The notes under the pieces were generated by a model. It did not search any database. It saw only the letters and a program-made list of their open reading frames with translations, and was not told the DNA's origin. This document shows positions 14,544-27,379 of a stretch of 64,000 bases of DNA, one piece after another (within the stretch, counting starts at the first letter, position 1; each line of letters opens with the position of its first letter). A program made the position numbers and the translations under genes. Source of the stretch: Balanoglossus misakiensis (Eukaryota; Animalia; Hemichordata); assembly GCA_040954595.2 (NCBI GenBank), contig CM082594.2:4015319-4079318 (forward strand), given 5' to 3'.

Positions 14544-14663
14544 GAGAAACCACATAAAAAGTTCTGGCACAAACCCGGCATACAAAACAGACCTATCTAC
14601 ATAAAATGCCAGCGGTTTGCACGCCATACAATATTGCCTTGGGTAAAATAAGTTTCTCTTGAT

Positions 14664-17600
14664 TCAGTCTGAAATCACATCTTTGAAGATGGCCTTCATG
14701 TCAGCCAGGGCCTTGAAGATGTTGTCCACAAACCTCTGGGAGTCGGTCTCGGCACACGACTTCTTGGAGGAGACATGGAAGAAAAATCGGCTGTCTTCGG
14801 GGATCATGTAAGACACACCGTATCCAGAATCTGAGACCGGACCAAAGCCACCACCGGGGGAAGCCTGTGAATTACAATGATTAAATAAATTTTCATAAAT
14901 TTTCATAAATTAGAAAATTTTGTTTGCAAATCAAATCAATTATCATCTAGAGGACAATCCTAGGGTGAAAGTTTCATTGAATCGTAGTTCATTCCAACCC
15001 ATAACTGACGGTGGGCCCTATACCCCAAGAGGGCACACTGTGGATCACAAAATTAAACCTATTCACTAATAAATTAACCCCTTTAACCCTATTTTACAAT
15101 GTAGTGTTCCAACTTTACCACAGAAAACAATTGATTTGGACCAAACTATGGTTAGGAATGGGTTGAAGCATGATAGCTGAATCCAAAACAACTTCATAGT
15201 AACAGCAACCAGTGAAGGCAACTCACCATATCTCTGTAACAAGGATGACCGACTGATGGATTGCTTTCGATTTGTTGTTGCGGGGTCTGGCTGGTGGACA
15301 GGGTCCATGGGAGGGTCAGGGCTGTGTGAAGGAACTCGCTCTCCTGTTGGACAGAAAGCAAAGAGAAAATTGATCATTGACAGGTAAAAAACAATGTCAT
15401 AATTTCGTCACTCTTCTCAGTACGGTGTGCCACAGCAGTAGAGCTTAGCTGGGTCTAAATAATATGTACCGGTAGTTTAAGTTTTATGTGTCTAATGACT
15501 GTGTTGTTATTGTCATGGTTCCATCCATGTCCTAAACATGGACCTGTGACGGAGCAGACTATTCCTAAACATAGACAAATGGACAAAAAGATACAAAACA
15601 AAAGGGTACTAAAGCATTGGTGGTTTAGAACACATTGTACCGTATTACAGATAAATCAATGTTTGGAGACTGCAAAATACATGTACCAGAGTAGTACAGC
15701 TTGCAAAGTGTTATTTCTCTCTAAATTGGACCTTGTATGTTTCTTTTTCCATAATACACTGACAAGTGAAGCATACACTTGCTTTCCAACCCAAATTGAA
15801 CTCAAGCTGCACTGTTTTCATCAATATCTTTATTCTTCCCCAATCCACACACTTACGTTTCCTAAACCTTTGCATAGCACAAAGAGAGCAAAGAGATGCC
15901 TGTCACATCCACTTCCACTCATACAATCCCTGTACAACTGCTGGTGTGTGCTTGCTGCTTTCTTCATCAGCCCAATTCTCTCAGCATTAGTCTTGCTCTT
16001 ATCCTCCATTGCTCTGAAAAAATAAATGGGATGCAAAATGAATAATCAGACAATCTAAAATAAATTTACAGTCAGTGGAAGAAATTACGGTTTAGCAGTC
16101 AACAATTTCATCAATGATAGAAAAATTTGACTTCAAATTCACCAATATATACACCTAGAGAGTGCGTCCTCCAAAAAAGAAACACACGACTTACCTTACA
16201 AACGCTGCAGCATCTTTAGTGAGCGATCGCACTGTTTCGGTTCTTCCGTGCAGATACAGTCTTGTCATGGACGATTCGTAAGTCAGGGCGAAGTGACCGG
16301 CGTCGCGGTAATAGGCCAGCTGTAACGCCAACTGAATGTATGCATCAGGGCTGACCTGAGGGTAAAAAAATCCAAATAGTCTAGCTGATGCTTGATTCAA
16401 AATCGATAACTTCTGTGGGGGTATCATAATCAATGAAAACAACAGGATTGGCCAACACTATCAGGTGGCAGTCATAGAGCTCTCTGAGTACATACCCTGC
16501 ATTTCTTGACAAATCCTTTTCCGTAGTCGTCGTGGTTTATAACGCACAGATCCAGATCATCATTATTCTGCAAAAGAAATAGGCAAGTGCCACATATTTC
16601 TTGCAACGTTACAGATTCACTTTGACCAAGCCATTGAAAAGGTCACTTTATACGAACATCACAAATGCAATGCTACCACATCTCATAGGCCATGCTTATC
16701 CTGTGATGTGATTGGTCAGATCAGGTCACATGACACATAACTAGAATGACCATAATGCTAGCAAAACAGTCAATTATTACGGTCAGACCAAATACTTTCA
16801 GCAATACCGGTACTACCATGTATGTTTGATAACAGCCCACTCCCAAAAATTGAAAATGTTCTTTAGTTGGAAAGGACAAACATTATGGAGATTAGAGATT
16901 CCTACCTTTTGCGCAAAGGCCAGCGCTCTCTCGATGTGTCCAGCCAGTGGTGCTGTTATCTCCCACTGTAGCAGCATGGGGGATCGGACAGCGCCTTGTG
17001 CATAGTTAGAAAATGGCAGACAGTATCCATAGGGATCGTATTTGCCAGCCAGCACGCTGCAGTCAGAAAACAAAATAATTGACGTTAGGAAGACAATATC
17101 TCAAATATTTATGCATGACTTAATTAATCTTTCATTTGAACTCTGTTAGTGTTTGTAAAATCTACAGTTAGTTTTCAAAGACAACTTGGTTCTATATTCA
17201 TATGGGTTAACTTGTGATTATAGTTACACAGTTCATTTTCTGAGTCTCTCAAAAATTCAGGACTTCTAAACATAACGCAATTTTTTAATCTTGACAGATG
17301 TTAATTAATTATACAATACAAAATCTTCAGTGAAAACAATTATTAACGTATATAAAGAAAACACTGCATTAATTGAAAATTGACACTCCACAACACTGTT
17401 GTTATATACATGAATCTCTGTAACACAGTGGCATTACATGTACATGTACTTGTTATAAAACAGTGGAATTGATTGTGAAAATGGAAAGCTTTCCTATGTG
17501 TTAATTAATGATGCGTTATTTATGAAAACTTCGATAATGAAGGCTGCTTGCAGGTTCTATGTATAAACACGAACACAGGAGTAACACACACAAATGCAAC

Positions 17601-20600
17601 CCTTTACAGTTATCATATGTTAGTTTTTTGAGCTTTTCTTTTCTCAAACATATCCCTGAAACTGACTGCACGGTCGAACAGTGCCATATTTTAGCAGAAG
17701 TTGAATTCCGTACTGCCACTGTGAAAGCACCACCACAGTTAGGAGAGGAACTCATGTGAACGCTCCACAACAATTCTTAGTGGAATTATCGTCAACAACG
17801 CTGCCACACTTTGTAGTGGAACTGTAGAAAAAGCGCCATCACAGTCGGGATTACGACCTGCTTACTCACCCTATGGATGAAGGTACCCCTGGGATTCTGT
17901 AGAAAAGCAATACGGTGCAGACAAAGAACAAAACAGAACACAAAGAAAGAATGCATAGATGAAGACAATGGTTAAGCATGAGTCTGTTAAAAACTACAAA
18001 AGTTAAGATCTGTCAATTCTTCTGTAACTTAATTTGTACATTGACCATTTTTGATTTAGATTGTCACTTCCAATCAAAACTAAAAACATCTAAAAACATA
18101 CACAGGTCGCATGACAGATCCCAACTTTCGTGACATGGTCTTAGCGTTATTTCAGTAAGTTGCTCGCGAGACAAATCTGAAGATGCATTTCAACTTATGC
18201 AGAGAAGCAGCAATAAACCTTAGATCCCAGCTACCTTGATCTGTGATGTCATGCATGACATATACATCTCCATCATTCAAGTGATAAACCATGTGACTTC
18301 ATTATAAATAGTAATACTGATATTTTTGACATGCAAATGACCGCAGAGAGTCGATCGTGCATTATCCCTATCTACTCATGCAACTAGACTAATCGGACAT
18401 CTCTGAATCTCTCCAATTGGAAACCAAAACCAAGTCATAGAAAGTTTAGCCTATACATATCCTTTGAATTAAAGTGATTGTCCCTGAAAAATAAAGTAAT
18501 CACTGTTCTGTATTATGCCTACAGGCAGAGACAGAGCAAGGGCAGGAAGAGAGGGAAATGCAAGATAGGGAAGAAGAAAAATTGCCTCCCATCATGTAGG
18601 CATAACAGTCATTTTGAAAAGATGTCCAAGTCATCCCTATTTTTATCACACAAGGGCTTGTTTCATCGACACAATTAAAGGTATACGGTCACCTGTGGAA
18701 AATTAGCCATAGTTACCATGGCAAATTAAGATCTAGCCAATCACAGATATACAGTGGGTGGCACAGGTGTTCTTTATATGTTCTTTAGAACACTCAAATA
18801 CTCTATGGCATTTCAGCCATAAATGGGCATATGTAAATTGAAGGTGACTGTATACCTTTAATCTGCACTCATGTGATCATCGAACAAGACAAACGAAAAG
18901 GCATCCAGACTCACTCTTCCGACATGGCGTGCTCCAGGATGTGTCCGACTACCGGCGCGTCGCCCCAAGAATGCTCAGCGTTGGCACCACACTTGCCGTT
19001 GCTGAAGTAGACCACGGTGAAACTCTTGTCGAACCAGATGGAGGAGCCGTCTCCGTGCAGCAGGTACTTGCCCCGCTCGGAGAACGTCTCGAACGCGTTG
19101 GTATCCAAGACAACCTGTAGGCGACAACGAAATAAAGATGCAAAATGTTTATTTCTATTTGGTATCAAAACGACCAGTAGGCGACAACAAAGCAAAGATC
19201 CAAAATTTTTATTTCTGTTGAAGTCCCCAAAAAAGGACATGCATCCATGGTTATTTAATTCTATGTATAATTTTGAATAACATTGACACTTTTTTTGATC
19301 AACTCATGCAAGCATTTGGTGTCCTGCAGTCTGAGGCAAACCTTTGCAACAATCACTTGTACGCTTCACTTCAAGTGGTGCATGTACCAGTGTGCCCACT
19401 AAGCCCATATGATGCGCCATTGACTCAACACACTCACTGATAACTCAAGAAAATTTTCCACACTACACGAAAGGTATAGGGCTGCAGCTGACTCAGAGAA
19501 ATTTCTAGAATCCTCAAATTGACTTAAAAGCTTTTGAAAATTATGTTTGTTTAGAGGGCAGACCCCTGTACCCACCATGAAAGCAGCCTTGTCAATCCAG
19601 GATATCGACTCCTTGTTGATGCCCTTGGAGAAATATTCCTTGCGGACACGAGCCCAGTCGTCTCTCTTGCTTGCAGTCAACGCCGCGATGGCTGTAGCTG
19701 ACTTGTGGGAATTGGATTCTGTAGATATGAAAGAGTCAAAATGTCAGGACAGCTGCCTGAATTTCTCCACAAATACTCTTTGTGATGTTGAGGTGATAAT
19801 TTTGCTGGACTACATATTATTCTAGGAGTTTCCAAGTTTCAGGAATATTCCAGAGCTATTTAACAATATCAGGCCTTGTCCTGAAATCACATAAGCATAG
19901 ACGTTCCCAGTTTTCACTTCTCTTAATTTTGACCTGAAACTCCAGTTGAATTTGCCATGGTACAGCCTCTACTGACATCGACTATCAAGACCGGTATATT
20001 TATCAGATTATTTATCGACTACTAACCCAGTTGTTTATCTGCATCCTCTATGATCCATTCCATCTGCTTGGCCGCCGTCATCGGAGCCAGGATTTGATCG
20101 TTGACATCAAACATGTCCAGTTTGTAGTAAAGGCCTTTGCGCATCACCACAATGTGCTGCAATCGACAACAGTCTGTGTTAACTGATCATGTACATGTAT
20201 ATGTATTCAGAATATCCATCGGTGATGTGACGACAAAAGCAATAGGTAGCGAATCCAACAGTGGTCTTCATCTTTCAAATGTTAATGTACCGATGCATTA
20301 TGAAGCCATTTGGAGTGACAGAAACATTGAGTGGATTAGATATACACGATCTTGTTAACCAAGCTCATCACCAGGCATACAGACCTTGGATTCATAGGAA
20401 TCATAGTGCACCAACTCATCCATTTCTTCACCCGGTATTCTAAAACAAACAAAAGAAACAACAATGTAAACAAAATAATCTTCAAACATTACCAGTTGTA
20501 AATTTACAAAGGATTTTTTTCTCAACATTATTCTTTTGTTTTGCAAAACACCAACATACTGTATAGTACTACATAATGGAAGTTTTGCTTTTGAAATATG

Positions 20601-20616
20601 TACCTTCGCCGTTTTG

Positions 20617-20648
<32 letters not shown>

Positions 20649-23600
20649 GTGAGTGAGTGAGTGAGTGAGTGAGTGAGTGAATGAATGAATGAATGAATGA
20701 ATGAATGAATGAATGAATGAATGAATGAATGAATGAATGAATGAATGAATGAATGAATGAATGAATGAATGAAGATTTTATTGACCTACCTAACAGTTGA
20801 GAATGCTCTTTCATACTGGTTCATGCACAGTGGTATAGTCCCACGAATCACCAGCGGTCTCAGCTGTTCTCTCTCAATCATCTGTTTTACCCTGATTAGG
20901 GTGACCACTTGAGTAGCAGCCCTAGGGAAATGGAATATAACAAGATGGCTTAGAAAAAGCTATAATTACATTGAGCAATTACACAACTCAGAACAATATC
21001 AAACATTTTATTTGATCAATAATATGTTGAAGTGTGCAGATCGATATTCATGTGTTGATCAATACATTTCTCTGACACCAGCAAAAAATGTAGAGGGAAC
21101 ATGTGCTTCAGTATCCAAGCATGTCTGCGTTGAATTTGTCAGGTGCATGCCATGGACCACTTCGCGGATAGAATAACGCAGGGGGTTGTGGGGCAGTTTG
21201 CGTTCTGAGTGCGTGCGTTAGCCATGTACTAGACGCTATGTTCAACACAAATTATACCATCATGCATTGCAAATACCCTATCCGCAAAGTGGTCTATGTT
21301 TCTGCAACCCACGAGGAATAACAAGAAGACCTCACCTGGCCGTTTGGCTTGTCGTTGGCTGCCAGAATGCATGATCTAAACAGTAATAGTTGCTGTTGAT
21401 TGCAATCGGGGTACGGTTTATGAGGTAGATGTACTTCTCCCTGTCAAATAAATAAAGGTGTTGCCACGGTTAGTAAAAGGGTCCCCGAAATGAAATGTGT
21501 GGATAAATTTATCTTAATGACTAGAAAAATTTTTTTAAAAACTTCACTTTGACAGAGAACAGTATCCAACTTACCACCAGTTTGTGACATAGTTGTTCGC
21601 CCACCATGATTTCAAGACCAGAATCCTTTGCAGTTTTGGCGCTAGAGTTTTCTGGAATTCCTGTGCAGAAATCAAAAACAATGGTCATACATTGCCAATA
21701 TGCAGGGTCTATGATGCATTGGGTGTGTAATACATGACTTAAGCAAATACAAAACTCTATTATCTGCACGCGTAATAGATTTTTACTATTATTAGCCTGT
21801 GCATAAAGAATTCTCAGTGCATCCTAGTCAATTATGAGAACAGACAATGTGTGAAATGTACAAATAATCACACTTGGATATGTGATGGTCCTGGCAAATC
21901 TTACCTTGGCTTGAAGTCTCATCTCTTCCACTTTGTTGGGTTGGAGCACGGGCTCCACAGATTCTAACAGCTGATTGACTGTGTCGGAGACTGCCGGTAT
22001 TGACTGCCTGGGTAGACTGTACTGGTAGCTGTATGTGAGCGGCGACCCACCACCGATGAAACGCACCAACAAACCCCATATCTTGGTGGCCCACGACTGC
22101 TTCTTTGGTTGTTCATCTGAAGGGGAAAAAAAGAAATCATGGATGTTTCTTTTTAATTCATGGGATCACTCTTACACAGAGCTTTTGTGGGTTTCCAGCA
22201 GAATGTCTTAACCCTTTCACCACCATGGTTCGGTCCAAATCCATTGTTTTCTACAGTAGAGTTAGACCTCTATAGAAGGAACTGGGGGTGAAAGGGTTAA
22301 GTTGGTTTGCTGCTTTAGTTCATTGTATCCAGACATTGGAGGTTTCGAACACGACACAAAAAAACTAGCATTCGCTGATATCTTAATGTCATGATGAAGA
22401 ATTAAAGGTACACTGTCACCTATGCAAATATAGCTACAGTTACCATGGTAAATTGAGATCTAGCCAATCACAGATTTTCAGTGGGTGGCACACGCGAAAA
22501 AAAGAGTGCCACCATATGTTCTTTACAACACTCAAATCCGCCATTTCTGCCATATATGGGCGTATGTAAATTGGAGGTGACCGTATACCTTTAAGCAACA
22601 TCAACTACTGCCGGTACTTACAGAGCCAGCCTTTGTAGGACAGCAGCGCCCGCAGTAAATATCGCCTAATGTGAAGTAATATGAAGAAGAACGCAAATCC
22701 AACCGTGCTGGAGATCAGAAAAATCCTCAGGTAGAACGGCGTTCCTGAAAGAAAGACAACTGGGGTTAAGACGGTATCATGCACTCGACAAGAAACAAAA
22801 GTCAGTTGGAATGTAACGCAAGACGGGAATAAAACTCAGGTCGGTAAAGGTCAGTAACCATGACAACTGATACAACTCTGATGGCTATAATGGCTGGTAG
22901 CCAATAAAAACACCCACTCACTTCCCTTGCATTGTCTTACGACCAGCAACTTTGAGAAATTCGCTATGAAACAATACTGAGTCATTATGCTTATTTTTAC
23001 ATCGATCAGTACGATTTTATTATTAATAGCAGCCCTGCTGGAATTCTTGGTAGACCATGTTTTTTTGTTTTGCCGCTGGTAAAACACTATGCATGATTCA
23101 AGCAGGATCTTTATCATTCAATTTGAAAGATGAAAGACGAGGGTTACCATGGAAATCTTGGGAACAACAGGCAGCTAAACTGCCTCAGACACTTTTAGAC
23201 ATTACAAATTCAAATGGCAGAGTGCAAAACTACGGAAACAATCATATTTTTCCTGGAATTCAGTCCAGTAGCATACCACCAATTTATAATTCATTGCAAC
23301 ACTTTCACTTGTAGCATAGCAACCACAAGGCAGCCATTTTATTCTCATTCTCCCAGAGAAACAGTTGAAATATCAAATGGTTATTGCTATGGTAAAATGG
23401 TGGGCGCCCACTTCTATGCTTCCAAAAGATTATCATCTCAGTCCACTGATATGCAATTCAACTTTTTATTGATTTGCCGACATTTTATTACTACATGTAT
23501 ATTCAAAACAAAGAGCGGTCGAAATATCACTCACCATTAGGTAGATACATGTAGTTCTGTATGGACCACAGCCTGTTGTTCACTGATTTGAATATCTCCA

Positions 23601-26600
23601 TATCTGTTGCCATGATGACCGAGGTTGTACCGACGGTGACGCCGAGGTTCCATAACGATGTCGGGTACATGCCATTGCGAAGCAGGTTTCTGTTGAAACA
23701 AAAAATAAATATTGGCCATCTTAATTATATTTTAATTAAATTCACACACAGATTACAATTACCTCACTTTATTTGTCATGTATGTGGAGCTATCGGTACA
23801 ACCAATAAAATTGTATTTTGCAGATGGGTACCAGTAAATATACATGTATGTGGAAAACTTGAAATTTTTTGTTACACGTTGTATTTGGGGGGGGGGGGGT
23901 CACACAATTATAGTTACCAGCCTTTGATGTGAACAAGCTACACCCTCATCTTTCACAACTCACTTTTCAGATTTGAACACTCAAGATTGATGCTGTCATC
24001 CCTATAGGTATATATGAATGACCAACGAACATGAATACATGCATTCTCCTGTTTGGAGTGATGTTTGCATTCTGAGGAGCTCTTTCACATTTACTTGCGA
24101 TATTGTGCATTTCTGTATCCTGATAGAAATTCCAATCACGAAGAAACCATTCTGGTTAGCACTTCTCTCAGCAGACAAGTCATCCATCTCACGTAATGTC
24201 ATTTCCATTAATAGAATTCCCAGTCAGAAATAATGCACACCGAATAAAATCCGAGACAGATATTTACTCTGAAATTTATCCAGCAAGTAACAGTCATGTT
24301 GTCTATGCATGATTAAAGGGACAAAGTCTCTCTCTCGCTGCCTTTTTTCCATTAATTATGTTTGATACAAGACACTGTTTATGTTAATGTACATGTGGAT
24401 ATATAGTGAATCAATGATCAACCACACAAAACTTCCATCCCACTTGTATGATATGAGAGTAAAAACTCGCCCCAAATGAATAAATGGTAAAGAACGATTA
24501 TTCATTTTGGCGAGTTTTTTCACTCTCCTGTCTATAAGAGGGATGGAAGTTGTGTGTGATGGAACGTTGATTCACTATATATCCACATGTAGAATAACAA
24601 ACGGTGTCTTGTATCAAATATAATTAATGGAAAAAAGGGCGGCGAGAGAGAGACTTTGTCCCTTTAAAGTGAGAGCCACTGGGAGGAAAATTCACTTGAG
24701 AAATATTTTGCAACCGCCAAGATGCAATACCTCCACTCAGCATCAATCTTAATAATGGTTGCGTGGCAAGTGAAAGTGCTCAGAGAATAAAGTGCCTTAC
24801 AAGTTGACGGCCGACATTTCCATATTCAAATGTAAGGATGGAAAATTCAACTTCAACCATGTACTTGTGTGTACTAATAGCACATTTCGTTAAGAGTGGC
24901 TCATTACAGTGGCATTCTCAGACATAAATTGCCCACTATTCTGCCTGCCAACATACTAGTAGTCTCCATGTGTAATGACCATTTTTATTGTTAACAAACA
25001 AATTCAAGTCCTGGCTTGAATTCAATTTACATTGAAAAGGATGACTAATACACACGCTGTTTGTGTTGATGAGGTAAATGTATTTAAATGTATTTTCTTG
25101 TGATTTAGGGAATTGAATATAAACTAGTTGGTGTTGTATTTATCAAAACAGGGATAAAGGTTTTAATATAAAATCATGGAATCTTAGGACCATTGCTTGC
25201 CCACCACCACCACCACCACTACAAGCATTCAGCATTTGTACACGTAAACAAGGTTCAGGAGTCAGAGTTCAACAAACTTTCCAGTCACATGATGTAAACA
25301 AACTTTGCTGAGTGTAAGAGGGGGCAACTTATTGGAAGCAATTAACCTCTTCTCGTTTGCAGGACAAGTATGTTATCTAAATGAAGATCTCTGCCACAAT
25401 TATGCTGATCCTAGCAGTAATCTCACTATATTTGGTAGTGTTCGACTCATGTTATCTTGTCTATGATGAGATTTCTGTTTTACAACATAGCCTTCATTTT
25501 GGAACCCCACTCTAGTAACCGTAGTATGAGGATGTGTGATTAGCTACAACCTGGTCCAATAAACCAGTTTATGATATAAATAACCCTGATGTGTACCATT
25601 TTGAGAATTCTCAGAATTTTTAGGGTTTAACTGAACTGACTTTGGATCCATGTATAGAAAATTTTTCTTGAACCCTCCTGTTGCAAGGCACACTGATGTA
25701 CTACTATAGATTTGACGACAAACTCTGTCGACAGTGTACCAAAATGGTTAGGCGGGTTGTTTATGGTATAGTTGTTTTGTCCATAAGTTTTGTTGTCATA
25801 AATACATGTACATCATAGCCATGCCTGTACATACACATTTGTTCACAAAATACAACCATTTGTGGATGACCGATGAGAGCAATTTCACACAAATTTGACA
25901 TTTTGTGTATGGCTCCTGAGGTCCACACAGGGCCATATTTTCTATGAACTCGGTCATTATACAGAAGGGATACGTGATTGTGTGATATGTATGCCAAACA
26001 AAATGAATACCTGCGTAGACTGTCTATGCTGCAAGTTTATATACTGTACTCTGTATAATACAGTGACTGTTCTAAATTATTTGGGTGTGTTTTCAGGAAG
26101 TCGGGATCAACTTTTGGCTTGACATTGTTTATCATAGTTCAAATAAATGTAATAATTGATGGGGTCAAGGTAAACCAAACATTTCACACTGGGTTGCAGT
26201 TTCAGGTAACAAAGTTCTCAAAGTTAGTGAACATCTCATCCTTGAAACTATTATAATTGATAAAAAATAAGCCATGTATGTTGACGGAACAGAAACTATG
26301 GGTGTTCGGATGGAGAGCTCGCGCAAATGTTATGATCCAGATGTGTCTCGAAATATTGAGATGATGACATATGATATACGCCTAAGGTTACCTTGTTTGC
26401 ACATCCTGTACCATAAATTTGACTTAACGGACCTCGGCATGTCATTGAAAAACGAGGAAATCCTGTTCACTTTAATTAGGACGAAAGACATTTTTGTAAA
26501 CAAACATTTTTTGTCACGACCACGTGAATAAACGAACACGTGTAGGACGACCGGGCAGGACTGGTTTGTATATCGCGCGCTGTCCGTTTATTGCGATTTG

Positions 26601-27379
26601 ACGCAATATTTATGTCGCGATTTGTACATCGGGCGTCCGAAGGAACATGAACCAAGTTATCGATTATGTGATAAATTTAGACCAGCAAAATATCTCGAGA
26701 CACAACTGATCTCCTATAGTGTCTCGCCGACAAAAGATTTCGGCTGCACGGTTGTTTTGTTTCCCTTGTCGTTATCCGATCACGGGTGACAATATGCACT
26801 GCGCGTGTTGTTGTTTACGTCGTGAAATGTACATACAACGTACGTCATCAGCTAAAAGCAGATGTGTCCAAATTAAAGAGCGATACATCCGCTGGTCAAT
26901 AAAGACAGCAAGGTCATTTCCATAAGCCTTATTTGTGACTACGATGCGGCTTTTCGTCGAGTCAGCTACTGACCGATCGATTACCGTTTTATCTTTCATG
27001 AACTTGTCTGTATGTACCGTACCCCGGTTCATCTCCAAAGCTTTCTTTGTCATTTTTTTCTCAAAGGGGCTATTTGTGAGATTGTTTACAATAATTTTAG
27101 TCTTCTCCCATTGGCAATGAGTAGAAATCTGAGTTGGCAGTAACATTATATCAGCTGACACGTATGTACGCCGCCATCTGCATCAGCCGGTACCGGTATA
27201 ATAAACCCAACCACGATCATCATGGCGAATATACACTCTCCCTCAACTACTCACCTTGTTCGGAAAAATCGCCTCACAACCGCTCTTCTGGTCTCCCTGA
27301 CGAAATCTTTCCGAGAGTCTCTGCCTTCATCGAGATCAAGGATTCGGGGCTCTGTGACGGCAAAACGTGCTTCTGCCAT
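14664..27379 (-). CDS. CPT1: Carnitine O-palmitoyltransferase 1 (CPT1-like), ~774 aa (783 aa with the microexon)
   Basis: Phase-compatible GT-AG exons: 27379-27255, 23689-23535, 22744-22622, 22116-21905, 21660-21575, 21440-21336, 20921-20790, 20439-20385, 20156-20027, 19718-19576, 19114-18915, [17896-17870], 17056-16906, 16567-16496, 16355-16195, 16013-15857, 15343-15227, 14864-14664 (2325 nt without the microexon). Motifs: N-terminal MAEA, two N-terminal hydrophobic segments, [30 protein letters not shown], catalytic [65 protein letters not shown]...GYGVSY. Confidence 0.96.
15078..15162. mobile_element. Family A piggyBac-type MITE, degenerate copy 4 (CPT1 last intron)
   Basis: TTAA|CCCCTTT...ACAGAAAACAATTGATTTGGACCAAACTATGG...GGG|TTGA. 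Confidence 0.5.
17870..17896 (-). CDS. Candidate 27-nt in-frame cassette microexon of CPT1 (D becomes [10 protein letters not shown])
   Basis: ttttctacag|AATCCCAGGGGTACCTTCATCCATAGG|gtgagt. Phase 2 on both sides matches the flanking exons (GA| at 18915 and |C at 17056). No stop codon; long upstream pyrimidine tract containing UGC motifs. Confidence 0.65.
18679..18857. mobile_element. ~180-bp Kolobok-type MITE (family B), copy 1
   Basis: TTAA|AGGTATACGGTCACCT...AGGTGACTGTATACCT|TTAA: 16-bp TIRs, AG termini and a TTAA target duplication (Kolobok hallmark). Internal GTTACCATGGCAA and AGCCAATCACAG. Confidence 0.75.
19098..19218. repeat. 60-bp imperfect tandem duplication spanning the CPT1 exon-11 splice acceptor
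   Basis: GTAGGCGACAAC at 19117 and 19177. The intronic copy reads CTG|GT where the functional copy reads CAG|GT on the - strand. Confidence 0.8.
20617..20773. repeat. Compound tetranucleotide microsatellite (TTGA)n(GTGA)n(ATGA)n
   Basis: Directly visible; lies in a CPT1 intron. Confidence 0.95.
22212..22296. mobile_element. Family A piggyBac-type MITE, copy 5 (best preserved)
   Basis: TTAA|CCCTTTCACC...GGTGAAAGGG|TTAA. Confidence 0.8.
22406..22590. mobile_element. Family B Kolobok-type MITE, copy 2
   Basis: TTAA|AGGTACACTGTCACCT...AGGTGACCGTATACCT|TTAA; ends about 30 bp from the CPT1 exon-3 donor. Confidence 0.75.
24317..24663. mobile_element. 347-bp foldback (almost fully palindromic) MITE with TTAA target duplication (family C), in CPT1 intron 1
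   Basis: TTAA|AGGGACAAAGTCTCTCTCTCGC...GCGAGAGAGAGACTTTGTCCCT|TTAA; imperfect arms of ~165 bp around a ~14-bp spacer near 24484-24497; a solo arm fragment recurs at ~61284-61354. Confidence 0.85.

Noticed and set aside
20569-20814. ORF with (FIHS)n repeats, and similar ORFs at the 41233 tail and 55493-56148
   Set aside because: Tetranucleotide microsatellites read through from or beside real exons.
24801-24823. Possible alternative CPT1 first exon (ATG GAA ATG TCG GCC GTC AAC TT|GTAAGG), phase-compatible with exon 2
   Set aside because: Weak exonic donor context, no promoter evidence, and such a match is expected by chance in a 3.5-kb intron; would need 5'RACE.
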